From Oikopleura dioica (taxonomy: Eukaryota; Animalia; Chordata), in assembly GCA_907165135.1 (NCBI GenBank), contig OU015569.1:7502001-7566000 (forward strand): 64,000 nucleotides of DNA. The letters are read 5' to 3'. This document shows, in pieces, positions 36,577-50,100 of the stretch (positions within the stretch are counted from its first letter, which is position 1; each line of letters opens with the position of its first letter). Below the pieces are notes generated by a model, which worked only from the letters and a program-made list of their open reading frames with translations, made no database searches and was not told where the DNA came from. A program made the position numbers and the translations under genes.

Positions 36577-38304
36577 TTAAGGGTATAGAATTTATTTGCC
36601 AGACATGCTTCATCCATATGTATCTATTCTGGTTAACTATCCGTGCGAAACTGTATTGAACTAACGCGGAATGAGCGGCCGGTCTTTTCTAAAACACGTT
36701 TTTGCAAAAAATTTCGTCGTCTAACAAGAATGTCCATCAATCTGCTCGTTGCACGAAAATTGGCACGCTTACTCAAAGAGAACAATCATGTTTAGAAATT
36801 ATGCAATGGATAGTATGAGAAGCATAGACACCTACTTAAAATAATTTTTCCTTGCCTAATTTTACTGTAAAAGTCTAAAACTCTTCAAGTACCGTTGCTC
36901 TGCTCTCCTTTTTTTTTTGTCTCAGAAACAACGTCAATTTTCTTTGCATTTCCATTTTAATCCGAAATTTAAATCTTATGGAGCCAGTCGGATTATGCAG
37001 TTCGCACTGACTGACCCATCGCACACTTCGTCATATTTTAGCCAGGCGAGTTACAGTTCAATCAGCAGAAATGCTCATTTGATACACTTAAAAATTGATT
37101 CTGCATAAACAGGAACGCATCTGCTGGTGAAATATTCTTGGTGGTTTTTATAGAACCCGCTTTATTTTAACGACAGTGTCTTATTGATATGATCGGAGTG
37201 CATTATGCAATTTGTTTCCACCAGAAGTCGACACAAAGTAAGCATTTTTTTAGCTTGTTTCCTGCTAGAAGCTGTAATCATTTCTTGATTGCATTCTAGG
37301 CCGAGCCTACTTTGTATTGTCCGTCATAGAAATGTTAAACATGTTCATTATTCGTCACGAGAGTCCTAAACATTAGACTTCCTCTTTGTAGAATTCATTT
37401 CTCATCCGAATTTCAGGGATTTGCCAAGACTCTTCAGAGTATGAAATCCTCCAATTTTAATTTAAGCCTTTTTTGGGGTTGATTTATGCAAAGCTAATGG
37501 AAAATATTTGCGATTTACTCAGCGCTCTAAACATGCTGTCAAACCCCAGCTGAGTCCTTATTCTTGCGCTTTGGGCAACAGGATAAGAGATAATACAATC
37601 CGAAAGTTGATTTACTCAAAATCGCGGATCTCTCGCCTTGCAAAAAAAAAGACAGTTTTAATTTAATTTTTTTCCGGTCTTCTTTGCCAAGGACCTTTTT
37701 GTTTATTATTGAGAAGATAATGAAAGTGATACAGTATTTACAGAAAGGGTCGTTTGTATTTTATCAGCAAATGTCTTCTGAATACTTCTTCATTTGGTAA
37801 ATTCTTGGGCCCCTGAGGAAAACGCCTGTAGGGTACGCCCGAACAATTTTCAAAAAAATTTTCATACAAACCCGGTGGTCCTCCTAGGGGCAGTGCCCAG
37901 AAGGGGTCGAAGAAAATTTTTGCCCGAAGTGGATTTTCGGCCAAACTAGACTTCCAAAAGAGTTTTTTGATAAATATATAAAATCAAAGATTTCTTTTTA
38001 AAAATTTACATTTATATTATATATGGCACGAAGGAGAGTCGCTCCTGCAGCCAATTTAAGCGATACGAATAGAATCCATTGTGGTTGACCACAGTGGAGG
38101 AAGGTGTATTAAAAATGTTTCGGAATTTAGATTTTGGAGTTTGGTGACCGGATGCGCTATATCTTTGTACAAGTTAAATTGCGTTTGGGCGATTGTTTAT
38201 ACGAATTGTCGGAGTCTTGTCGCCATGATTGAGCCAGTGGTAATCTTCTGACTGTCAAAAATACGCGACGGGGTGATTACGATTTTCGATGAAATGCGAA
38301 AACT

Positions 38305-39115
38305 TTAGAGGGTCTTTGCTTTCTGCTCTTGTCTATCGACTAAAAGTTTGTAGTAGCCTAGGATTTTGGAGTAGATGTTCTTCGCCCGTTTCGCGTGATG
38401 CTTGTGCTTCGGCTGGCCTGGGCAGTCTGCAATGTAGCGCCGCGACCACTTCCAAAAACCGGTCGTGATTTGCTTTAGACCGCGGATGGGATTGCTCTGG
38501 TCATAGCGAAGCAGATCATCTAGCAATTGTAGGTTAGTTTCTGCTACAATGATTGCTTTCTCACCGTGAATATCATCGACATCGAGCTTGGACTCGTCAA
38601 ACATCGCTCGTCTCTTGCGAGACGGGCCTGGTCCACCATGTGGAAGATCAGGATTGAAGTAGAAACATTCTTCTTCAACCAAGTTTCGCAGCCTACATCA
38701 ACAGTGAGCGAACGGAGCTTTACAAGTCAACTTACTTTGCGCCCCAAATAGTAAACCGTTTTTCAAATCTATCCGCCAATCGGTCTCCGCGGACACTCTC
38801 CGGATCCATATTTCTCAAATTGTCGTGGCACCACTCTATGCCGAAGTTAATCAGCGTGGTTAAGCGTTGGCTAGGATGTCGAGGAGGCACCTTAATTGAT
38901 TGTCAATTATCAAGTAATGAATTGACAAAACGCGAAATGGAAGTATGATCTGATGATCGTCGAAGCTTGAGAAAGTTTTTGTAAGTCCAGACAGTTCATG
39001 ATCTGTAGGGTCTTCATACAAGCTCTCTCTGTCTCTCTGGCAGTACCTTTCGATCCTGTTCTTTTTTTCGTGCGGCTTGAGCCGAAGCTATCACGACGGC
39101 GGATGAGATTCTCAT
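38305..39115 (-). CDS. Secreted protein of an Oikopleura-type lineage-specific family (KVPPRHP...PHGGP...RKRR...RYDxxNPxRGLKQITTGFxKWxxRYIxxC)
   Basis: Three exons join via GT-AG introns: MRISSAVVIASAQAARKKEQDRK|VPPRHPSQRL...WGAK|LRNLVEEECFYFNP.... The family resemblance is recalled, not searched. Confidence 0.8.
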
Positions 39116-39489
39116 TAGGGATTTCGGTACTAGAGTCACAAAAATCAAACTATCGGGTGTTCGCTGATCTACTCGTCTTTTCGTGATGCTCTCCTCTAAA
39201 AGGCGGAGAATCCGGAGAACTCGCGCGCGCCTGTTTACCACGGCGCTAGAATGGGGCGCTATAACCCACATGCGTTCAGGATCACCCGGAGAAATCATGA
39301 TTCCTCTTTGTTGTCCTCCCCTATTTCGATTGAAGAAACAGTATCTCAGATGTGTTATTCTAGAATTTATTCAAAAACTCTAATTTTACTTGACGCTTTC
39401 CAGATTTCGGATCATCTCAAGTTCAAAAGATTCGATAAAGGCTCTTGTCTATGTTTTTTGAATTTGAAATAGAGGAACTTCTCTTTTAA

Positions 39490-39830
39490 GGACCCCCCCG
39501 TCAACAATTTTCGAAAAACCTTTTTTCGGAATTTTAAAATTTTGACCCCGGAAATGGATTCTATGGGTCAAAAAACGATTTTGAGGCTGCATTTTTTGGG
39601 GGTCTATCTCGACTCTAACACCCTCAAAATCGCCTTTGAAAATTGGACTTTTTGACGAAAAACGACGAAAAAGTCCCAATTCAGCTAAAATTTAAGGCTT
39701 TTATTGGCCAAAAAGTGCTGCGAACAAGTTTTTATGATGTATTTAGCTTCCAAGCACACTTAGAAGCCAAAATATGGTTTTTTTGAAATTTTCGATTTTT
39801 GAGGGAAAATTGTTGACGGGGGGGGGGGTC
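39490..39830. mobile_element. 341-bp MITE with GG..CC termini and TTAA duplication (Kolobok-like signature)
   Basis: TTAA 39486-39489 and 39831-39834; TIR GGACCCCCCCGTCAACAATTTTC / GAAAATTGTTGACGGGGGGGGGGTCC. Confidence 0.9.
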
Positions 39831-42800
39831 CTTAAGTAAGTACAAATATGTAGCGAGCTCTCTATTTTTCCAAATAAACTAACTAGATTGGTTCTGAAAC
39901 TAATAAAGTAAGCAAATGCGAATCCACGCAAAACACACGTTTGCTAAAACTGAATTATGGCTTTCGTCTTCGCCGAATTCGCGGCGCCAAGAAAATTTAA
40001 TTCAAAAATCTGGACAAGTTTGCTACAATCGGCGTCGCTCTTTTCGCCTGTTTGTGATTAATTTGCGATGTCGTAGAAAATGACCAGTATCGCACGTGCA
40101 TGCGCTTTGTTTCTTTCTTTCCAGCGAGGTAATATAGACAACATGAACAAGGAGCGGTCAGCGATCGTGTCGAAATCGAATTAAAAAATGATCAATTTAT
40201 GTAAGAATGAGTTTCTTAGTGCGGCATGTTTGGGGGCATATCTCGGTCCAGCGATATCGCCCAACGTTTTGCTCAATTTAACCCAAAACATGATCTTTCG
40301 AAAAAGAATACCTCATTTCACGAAAAGACAGGCGAATTTCCAAGGATTTTTATTAAAATTAAAAACTGTGAAATCATGGAAATTAATTTGAATCTAAGAA
40401 AAAATAAGCCTTATGAAAAATCGAAGATGAGCTCAATTTTAAAGGACCTTTTCTTTTCGAAAGTGCTTTTTAAATGATGGGACGCGCCCAATAAGTTGGT
40501 TCATTATGCAGGACAGGAGTCGATAGGATTCTAAATATAATGAAAAATCTGTAGCTCTTTCTTCTTGTTAGCTAGACAATTCTTATTTTTAGAATTTATG
40601 CATGCATAAAATTTCGTTGAGCTTATGATAACTACTTTCAACATTGAAAGTGCGCTGATGCCGGCATCAATGATGCGTCTTTTGCGAATTCATTTCTAGC
40701 GAAGAGCGCGCAATCGGCTTTATATCAGTGATTTTAGAAGCTGTCGAGCTCTCAAATTGACAAAATGCACTTCGAATACTCGAGCAGAAATTGCGAAAAG
40801 AAAACACAAGTGACAAGCTAATTCGTGTATTGGGCTAAGTTATATCAAGAGTGCGCTCTTTAGAAAGCGCACATTAATTACGACGGAGAGGACGTTCTAG
40901 GAAACTTGAAGACTCGCTACTAGTTATACAGTGATAAGACGCGCTCTGTGTTTAGCTCGACATTCGTCGATTTTCAAGTCCGCGGAGAATTCTCAAGATC
41001 AATCGCGGAATCTGTAATATTAACAGGGCTGACTTGAGGCGGTTAGGATTGGGGTTAGCAATGTAGCTCGCTTTGCTAGCCTAGTTCAGAAAATTTACAA
41101 CGCCTCGAAAAAATGCATTTTTGAAGAGGCATCGCAGCAAATGCCTCAGAAATAGAAAAGAACATTTTCAATGAGGCAAACTTGCCTGGCGCGTGTATGG
41201 AACGAAATCTGCCCGGAATTCAAGAAAATATTTTCGCCCTGCTTTTTCTTTAGAAGGAGTCGAACCACGTGTGCGAGTGTGAAGATCGCTGGAATTCGGG
41301 AAATGCTCTTTCCCACTTACCATCCGCCATGTTTACCTTTTATCAAGGAACGTGTTATCAACACAAAACCAGCGTGCAAAAACTACAGTTCCGCTTCTCA
41401 TAAGACTTGTTTTTACCAAGAGAAGACTTTGATTATAACGAGGTAGATTCAGCGAATTTACAAAGCTCGAACTTTGCTGCATCTATGCTGCCCCCTTTTT
41501 CGCGAAATTCCTTGGAGCGTCAGAGGAAACGAAATTTTCAGCACGTATAATCGAGTTAAAGTTTTCTCCACAACAGTCTTGCCAGGCGACAATCGCCAGA
41601 TTTATCAGTCAAAAAAAAGTAAAGGAAATGTTCGAAAATGTTAATTCCACGCGAAAGCGCGAGTACTGGACGGCGAGAAGATATTAAAATTCAGCAGCTC
41701 GCAATAATCAGAACAAAGATTTGATTTGGGCGTATTGATTACGCAACGCAATCAGCATGTAAATGAAGAGGCAGCTTTTTGCAAGTGTCGAATCAAGCTG
41801 ATCAAAAAAGAAAAAAATCTCAGCTCGATGGGACACTCGACGCGGTGGTCTTGTAGCGTACCCGCCGTGACGAGAAAGTAAACTTCGCGGTTGGCCGATT
41901 CGCCCGACCATACTCTAGAATACCCATTTAGTACACGACCAAAAATAGATGTAGCCGCAGTTTCTGTACTCTCAGCGCTGCAACGTCGTGAAATCTCACT
42001 CCGCTCCAGAATAAATTCGCCAAGGGTCACGCGCGCTTCGCCGAAATGGAAGATAATGTTCTGCGCTCGAGTCATTAGCAGAACCCAGCGGACCTGTTGC
42101 AACAGAAGTTGTGATTCTCGTCACGTTACGTTACGTGATTACCGCCATGTTTAGAGGACCAGCTAGCAACATCCAGTTTCCTTTATCGCTTTTTTGTTTA
42201 GTTAGTTTAGTTTGAGTTTCGGGAGTCTCAGCATTATCAAAGTGAGTATGAGTGCCTTGTGGTTACTCACCCTCAATTCTAACAAGCGAACTTGACCACT
42301 ACCTCGAGGACAAAGCTATACTGGGTTAAACAAGGATAACCTTATAGAAACCAGTGTAGATAAATATTATTAGATACATGGTTGAAGCCATAGTAGGGGC
42401 AATTTTCCGCTCACGCAAAATTGACATTTACCTTTGGCACTGAAGAAATGCCATGTTCATCAGCTCCAATTATAGACTGTCCAAAATTAAAATAAGAAGA
42501 CGGAAAAAGCTAGTCATTTTTCTCGTTAAGCAGGGTGCAACTATTGCACTGCAATGAAAGGAGCTGTTTTTCAAGGACGATGCTGTCGTTTTTGGAATTC
42601 ATTTTGCGCGCGTCTCGATTTTTCAGAATCTCCAGTGTCTCTTTTTTTTGAGATTTTTCGCTCATTGCCGCAAGAAGGGTTCATAATTAATGAAGGCTAT
42701 CCTTTGACTAAAAACGTGTGTTTTTTTTCTGTGAATGTGTGGATAGCTCCTTATTGAATCAACGGAACTGGTTAAAGCGATTCGAAGCTGTATTTTCTTT

Positions 42801-43993
42801 CATCTCTGCGTGTTAGTTATCAACAATTTCAGGTGACACTGAACAGCATTCTCAGAAAAAAGTATTTCGCGCAAGACAACGTCGACCTCTGACACTCAAA
42901 ATATTATTCATTTGCGTACAGAAAAAGAAACAGAGAGGCCTAAAAACTGTATTTTCAAATGACTGTCTTCCATGCTTGTGAAGTGCCTTTCTGACGTATG
43001 CAATTAGTCCTGGAAAAACGCAAAGCATAGCCTTAATTTTTTATAAAATAATTGCTAAAATATCGAGCTCAAAGCCGTCCTCTGCTTCTTTCGGGTTCGG
43101 GTTAATAAGAGCGTAATCTTCTCTTAGAGTACTTCTCCAGCAACAAAACAGTAGTTTCACGTTATAAAAAATTTTTGCAATGATGCGATTAAAATCTCTA
43201 TTAGGTGGCTTTTGCCACTTTGATTCCCAACAGGTGGATAATCCTTTTGATAAGAAGCGCTTTTCAAGTAAGTGCGCCAAATAATGAAAAATCAATGGTT
43301 AAAAACGTCAAGCTTCTTAATCTTTTTTTTTAGATTTCGCCGAAAATTCTCCAATAAGCAGCATTTATTAAAATAATGAAATAGTCAGATGGATATTTTG
43401 ACTGTCAATTACTGAAATAATCGGATTTTTGCCTCACTGCAACTCGAAACCGAGTAGAAAGGGTTAAATGGCTCATAAGGGTTTTTTTTTATAATAATAA
43501 AGAAGAAAAACTTATCTTCGCAGCGGGTGGCATAAGAGCGACCTTTTCAGTGTATTGAATAAAGCGCCATGATTCGTATTTTTTCTAAAACTCGGAAGAG
43601 CTTATGCAACATGCCGTCAATGCCTGATCGAAACCGTTCAATTTTTTCGTTTAGGAAAACGTGTATATCTGCTTTTCGAAGCTGCCATGAAAAAACACTA
43701 AATGGGGTTTAAGCACATCGGGAAGGCTACAAGTACCACTGGGCGATATCGGAAGGATAAATATTTAAAGCTCTAAAAATTTCGCTACTTCCGAACGTCA
43801 TTTGAGTCATATACGGAATTCGCGCACTCCCTTCTAAATTCTTGACACGTCCGCTACAATTGCAATTATAGTGTACTTTTTTCCAGGTCAGAAGAGGTTA
43901 CACAATGTAGTTAGGCCATCAACACTCATCTACTTTATTTGTAGAGCCAAATTCAAAGTTCGATTTGAATTGTTTGAACTGTTTCGCGAATTG

Positions 43994-44024
43994 GTCTCCA
44001 TGGTATTTGGTATTCCCCGGCAAC
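43994..44024 (+). promoter_or_regulatory. Two adjacent RFX X-box-like motifs upstream of the dynein gene
   Basis: GTCTCCATGGTATT (43994-44007) and GTATTCCCCGGCAAC (44010-44024), about 170-200 bp before the inferred ATG. Confidence 0.5.
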
Positions 44025-44194
44025 GAGTATCGGTTGTTTGAATTGGCCAACAATTCTTGCGCGCCTTTCTACAATCGTTCTCGCCCCTCACCTAATCTAC
44101 AATAGAGGAGAACTTCGATTCTACTTGATGACTCTCTAAGTGAAGATTGTAACAACAAAGTAACAAGAAAGCGAGCGAAACCGACAAGCCAGTC

Positions 44195-47100
44195 ATGGCG
44201 GATCGAGACACAAGGTATGAGAATATTATCATCGAGAATAGTTAATGCCAGGGTTAGTACATTACAAGTAAGCTTGTTTTTATCGCTTCTGAAATGTGCA
44301 AGTAACATCCGGGTACAGTAAATATAATGTGAATAAAACAAGAATTTGCAGCGATTACAGCGACTCCGACGATGAAGAACGCGGGCCAGATTTGAGGTGT
44401 CCGTTAGAGTTTCGACACGAGTTCTCACTCCTTTTTCATTTCACCAAAAAAGGACTTTTTCACTTTCGTGTTGCCATTTTCGCCACCTTTCTCATCAGAT
44501 CCATTTCATCATTCATTTCTAAAGCGAATTTTTACATCGTGTTAAAAATTCTCTTCATCCACCATAAGAGACATGGAATTTTCATCCTCTCAGTTTTACG
44601 TACACTTTCGCCAGTTTTTTTTAATCAGCTTCAAGCATCTGCTCCAAATCTGAAAAGGAATTAATGGCTACTGATGTTTTGGATCACGTTAAAGTTTCAG
44701 TTTGGCTGAAATTTTAAGAACTCATCAGAAAGCATTAATTCTCCTAGTCAAGCGCACAATTAACGTTTTATTAGATGGGATTTCTTTGAAGAAGTCGTGC
44801 TCAAAACACTATCGATCAAACAAGATAAATGGACTAAATTTGTCCAAAATGAAGATTACAGAAAGGTATCAACAACAAAAAATTGAGCATGATTGAGTTC
44901 TTTGGTAGGACTTTCTCGAGTTTCTCGAAAAGAGGGAGCGACTGTGGATTGGAGTTTTGCTACTTCCATCTGGTCAGTTGGCGACAATTTTCGAGCCTCC
45001 TGCAACTTCCAAAAACAAGGGCGTATTTTTCTACAAACAAGAAGAAGAGCCAGTTCCAAAAGAAAACATAAAAAAGTTAGTGGTCTTCGGCGATTTGTCC
45101 TCGCAATGTCTCGACCAATTCGGGGCTTTTGTTGACGACATCATGGATGATATTCTTGTGCACCACGACTCGGCTACCAGCTGGCCAACAGTCGTATCAG
45201 GAGATGTGCAAACAAACATGAATAAATTGAAATCAGAAGTGTACGAAATTGCCGGAAGCGTAAAGGGTCGGACGCTGTTACCTATGCCAGCAGGCATTGA
45301 ACAGATAGAAAGCGATGCACAAATCCGCGAAGTGATGGGTGTCATTGAAGGCATTGTCATTAAATGGGCGCATCAAATCAAGACTGTCCTTGATCTGAAG
45401 TCTTCCCAGGCGATGCTCGACGGATTTTTTCCGACTCCGCATGAAGAATTGCGCTTCTGGTCAGATCTAACTTCTAATCTTCAGTGCATCTATGATCAGC
45501 TAACATCCTCGAAGGTAATATTTCTTTTTCTATCATAAGTATTAGAGAGTTTCTAAGGTTCGCGAAATTGCTGCCATTTTGCAGGCCAAGCAATCGTCAT
45601 ATTACGATTCACTGGCGATGATGTATGACGACGTTAAAATCTGTCTGGAAGAAGCACGTGATATTTCCATGCATCTGAAGCCTCTTCGAAGTCTTCTTGA
45701 CGATATTGAGCAAACAGACCTTTCTGCAGTGGAGAAAAACTCGGTGCACTTCTTCATCTCGTATCGCTGATCTGGGCTACTTCTGATCACTATCGGCATC
45801 CTGCAAAGATTGTCGTTCTTCTCAGTGAAATTTCAAACTTCGTCATCGACTTGACGAAGACATTCATTGACGCCGATTCCATCCTCAAAGGAGAACTCGA
45901 CGAATCCTACGATTTGATCAAGACAGCGCTCAAAACCCTTCGTCGCTTCAAAGAAATGTATTTTGACTACTCTTCAAAATTGCCCGAATATTTCAAAAAA
46001 ACTGGCAAAAAGGTCGTTCTTTGGGACTTTCGACCAGAACTTGTCTTTCATCGTTTTGATCGTTTTGTGAAGCGAATAGAGCTCATCGAGGAATTCTTCT
46101 TGTCAAGTATTTCGATGATGAACCTTGAGAAAGTCGAAATTGGCGGATCACATGGCTCTGTCCTATCAGCAAAGGTCGGACAAATCTATGAAGAGTTTCA
46201 ACTGCTTCATTCCAAGATCGCCGACGCCGAGGTTGATCCACTCGATCACGATGATCAAAAATATGAACGACTCTACTCACTTTTCAAGAAAAAGCTGTAC
46301 GACTTAGACAGACGGCTAGGAGCAGTTCTTTGCGAAGCTTTCGAGGATTGCGTTAGCGTCGAAAGCATGTTCAAACTTATCGCGATCGCAAGCTCGTTGA
46401 TTGACAGAAAAGTCATTGGCGAGGATTTCGATCCAAAGTATAAAGAACTCGTCGGACAAATGGAAATCGAGATAGAACAAGCGAAAGAGATCTTTGAAGA
46501 ACAAAAGAGTGATCCACCCCTTTATAAAAATCAGCCACCTACAGCGGGAAAAATTCGATGGGCAGAAGACTTGCTGCAACGAGTCAAGACTCCAAGAGAA
46601 CGCTTCTTTCTCCTCGATCATCCTTTCGTCAAAAATGATGAAGCCAAGCTTGTTTTTAAGAAATTCGACGAGTTTGAAAAATTAATTGTTGACTTCAAAG
46701 ATGCGACATACAGACAGTGGGTTGCGAAGGTCGATGATGATTGCCAATTTAACCTTACGAAGCCCTTGCTAAGCAGAGATGAAGAGACCAAACTTATATC
46801 CGTAAATTTTAATTCGAAACTAGAAGCTGTTCTCCGCGAAGTACGGTACTTGGGATATCTTGGCTACGATAAGCTTCCAACATCTGCAGAGAACTTGTAC
46901 CAGAAAGATGAAACATTCCGTACATGGGTTTCTTCGCTCCGTCAAACTGTGCATTGGTACAATAAGATCAGAACGACAATTCTTGAAGTCGAGTTTCCAC
47001 TGGTCGAAGCTCAGCTAGCATCCATTGATCAGTTGCTCTCAAGAGGAGAAAAAGACCTAAGCTGGTCCACAGATGTCTACGACTACATTAAGCAAATCTA

Positions 47101-50100
47101 TGAAGCTGTTTCCGATTTACAAGTTCGCACTCAACGAGCTACTGACAACGTCACTAAGATTGAGGAAATAATGGCCACATGGATGAGTAGTACGATTTTC
47201 GAGCGAAAGAGTGATACTAAAGAACCAGGACTAATTAACTTGGCGAATAAAGATGATCGAATCCAGAAACGATACGAAACAATTAAAGCCAATGGCGAAG
47301 AGATCGTCAACCTTCTTGAAGAAAATATCCAACATTTCAAGGCTGATCCCGCGAACGCCGCCTGGGCTGCATACAAAGAGTTTATCGACGAAAAAATCGT
47401 TGAAGGTTTCTACAATGCTATTTCCTTTAATCTCGACTTCATGATGTCCAACATGTCGACTGATGTTCAACCATTTTTCGTTGCTGATCTGGAACTCCAT
47501 GCTCCCGATCTGGTATTTATTCCAAGTCTGAATCCAGACAAGCACGGAGGACTGCATGACATCGTTGATGATGTTATTAGTGACATTTACAAGATTTCTT
47601 CTCTTATGAAGAGAATAAGCGGCACTGAGAGCTACCAAGATCTTATGGAAAATCACTCGACGCTTGGAGAAATGAGAAATGATATAATGTCTCGTGTCCG
47701 GAAAGTTATCACGGATGCGGCGATCTTTACGAAAGAATTTGATTCGTATTCCTACCTGTGGCATGACGATTCCCAGGAATTCTTGCGACAGTTCCTCACA
47801 TACGGTCATATTTTGACGGAAGAAGAGATCCAAGCGCATGCAATTGAAGGCATCCCTGAAACTCCGCCCGAATTAGATCAATTTAAAGAGCAAATCGACT
47901 CTTACGAAGACCTCTTCGAAGTTGTGAACCAGTTCTCGCCAGAAAAACTTTCGATGGCTGGTTTAAAGTATCTCTTAAACCATTTAAGCATTCTCTGCTT
48001 AATATTGTGAAGAAATGGTCGTTTATGTTCAAGGACCATTTGATTAATCATATCGAAAAGAGCCTTGTGGACCTTGAAGACTTCATTGCCGACACGGATC
48101 TAGGGCTGTCTAAGCCTGTCCAGGACGGAGATTTCGAATCACTTGTTACAACGATGGGTCACATCAAAGAGTGTAAAGAGCGCCAAGAAAAGAACGACAC
48201 TATGTTTGAACCTCTCAAAGCATCGATTGAGCTTCTAAAGACTTACAATCATGAAATGTCGGAAGACGTCTACCGCCAGCTCAGCGACTTACCTGAGAAA
48301 TGGTCGAACACGAAAAAGATACTTGTGGGTGCGAAACAAAATGTTGCTCCATTGCAGAGCGCGCAAATGACCAAAATCAAGAACGATTCAAATGAATTCA
48401 ACACATTACAGTTTGTTCACCGTGAAGGCTTTAGAAAGCTGAACATGTTTAACTTTGCGTCAGAAGAGCCATATGCTGAGATCAATGTGGCGCACGCGGA
48501 AATAAAGCAAATGGAAGATCACATGCAAGAACTTGAAGATAATGCAAACTTATTCGAGGTCAACTTACCGGAGTTCAAGCAGTTGCGAGCTTCAAGGAAG
48601 GATCTTGGCCTGGTTAAAGAGGTTTGGGATCTTACAAAGATCGTCACCTCTTCGATGAGTGACTGGAAAACAACACTTTGGAAGCAGATCGACATTGAAA
48701 CGATGGAAAACGATACCAAACGTTTCGCAAAAGACATCCGTAAAGTTGATAAAGAAGCTCGAGGATGGGATGTTTTCGCAGGCCTTGAAACTGAAGTAAA
48801 GAACATGATCACCTCGCTGAGAGTTGTTGCCGAGCTACAAAATCCCTCGATTAGAGATCGTCATTGGCACCAGTTGATGAATGCGACCGGAGTCAGATTC
48901 ACGATGGACGAAAAGACAACATTGTTTGACCTCCTGAATCTCAACCTTCATCAACACGAAGAAACTGTCCGTGAAATCGTCGATAAGTCTTCTAAAGAGA
49001 TGGGCATGGAAAAAATGCTTAAAGATCTGGAACAAACTTGGTCTGCTCTTGAATTCGAGACCGATAAACATGGAGAAACAATGCTCATTCGATCTTCAGA
49101 AGATCTCGTTGAGGTTCTAGAAGACAACCAAGTCCAGCTTCAGAACTTAATGAGTTCGAAATACATCGCTCACTTCCTTGAAGCAGTATCGGGTTGGCAA
49201 AAGCAACTTTCGACGACGGACTCAGTCATGTCGTTGTGGCTTGAAGTTCAACGTACGTGGTCCTACCTGGAGAGTATTTTCATTGGTTCCGAGGACATTC
49301 GACGACAGCTTCCCGAAGATTCTGATAGATTCGATGGAATCGATCGTGATTTTAAAGTAATCATGAAAGAAGCCGAAAACGATCTCAATGTTGTGAATGC
49401 TACAAACAAGGATGGTCTATTCGAAAAACTAGAATCTCTTCAAGAAAGGCTCACACTTTGCGAAAAGTCTCTTGCTGAATACTTGGAGACAAAACGGCTT
49501 ATTTTCCCTCGATTTTACTTCGTGTCTACGACAACCCTGCTCGATATTTTATCGAACGGTAACAATCCACGGGTAATAGCCAAGCATTTATCGAAGCTTT
49601 TCGACAACACGACCGATTTAAAGTTCAAAGGAGAGTCAAAATCGGCGATTGGGATGTTTTCCTCGGAACGGGAGTACGTTGATTTCCAAGAAGAGTGTAA
49701 TTGCGATGGTCAAGTTGAGGTTTGGCTCAATCGGGTAATGGACTCAATGCGCGCTGCAGTGAGACATTATCTGGCGGAAGCCGTCGTTACGTATGAAGAA
49801 AAAGCGCGTGAGAAATGGCTTTTTGATTATGCAGCTCAAGTGGCGCTCACGACAACTCAGATTTGGTGGACGACAGAAGTTGGAATCGCTTTTGGTCGCC
49901 TTGAAGAAGGCTATGAGAACGCGATGAAAGAGTACTCAAAGAAGCAAATTACTCAGCTCAACAATCTTATCACATTGCTACTTGGTGACCTTAGCAAGGG
50001 CGACCGACAGAAAATCATGACAATTTGTACGATAGACGTTCACGCGCGTGACGTTGTGCTTGGTCTTATCTCGAACAAGACTGACAACTCACAGGACTTT

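Noticed and set aside
37700-37990. MITE-like composition (A/T tracts, GC patches) and 68-aa ORF
   Set aside because: No terminal inverted repeats or TSD could be defined.
40180-41600. Repeat-like tracts, a 14-bp palindrome TGATGCCGGCATCA (40656-40669) and a degenerate TTAGGG-like patch near 41040
   Set aside because: No bounded element or recognisable protein; these are probably decayed repeats.
41752-42102. 116-aa minus-strand ORF
   Set aside because: There is no ATG, no linked exons were identified and no motif was recognised; it cannot be supported.
43041-43295. 84-aa minus-strand ORF
   Set aside because: AT-rich intergenic context and no recognisable domain.
45730-47950. Programmed -1 ribosomal frameshifting in dynein
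   Set aside because: Only one site approximates X XXY YYZ, the phases differ, and no stimulatory structure was seen; homopolymer error is more parsimonious.
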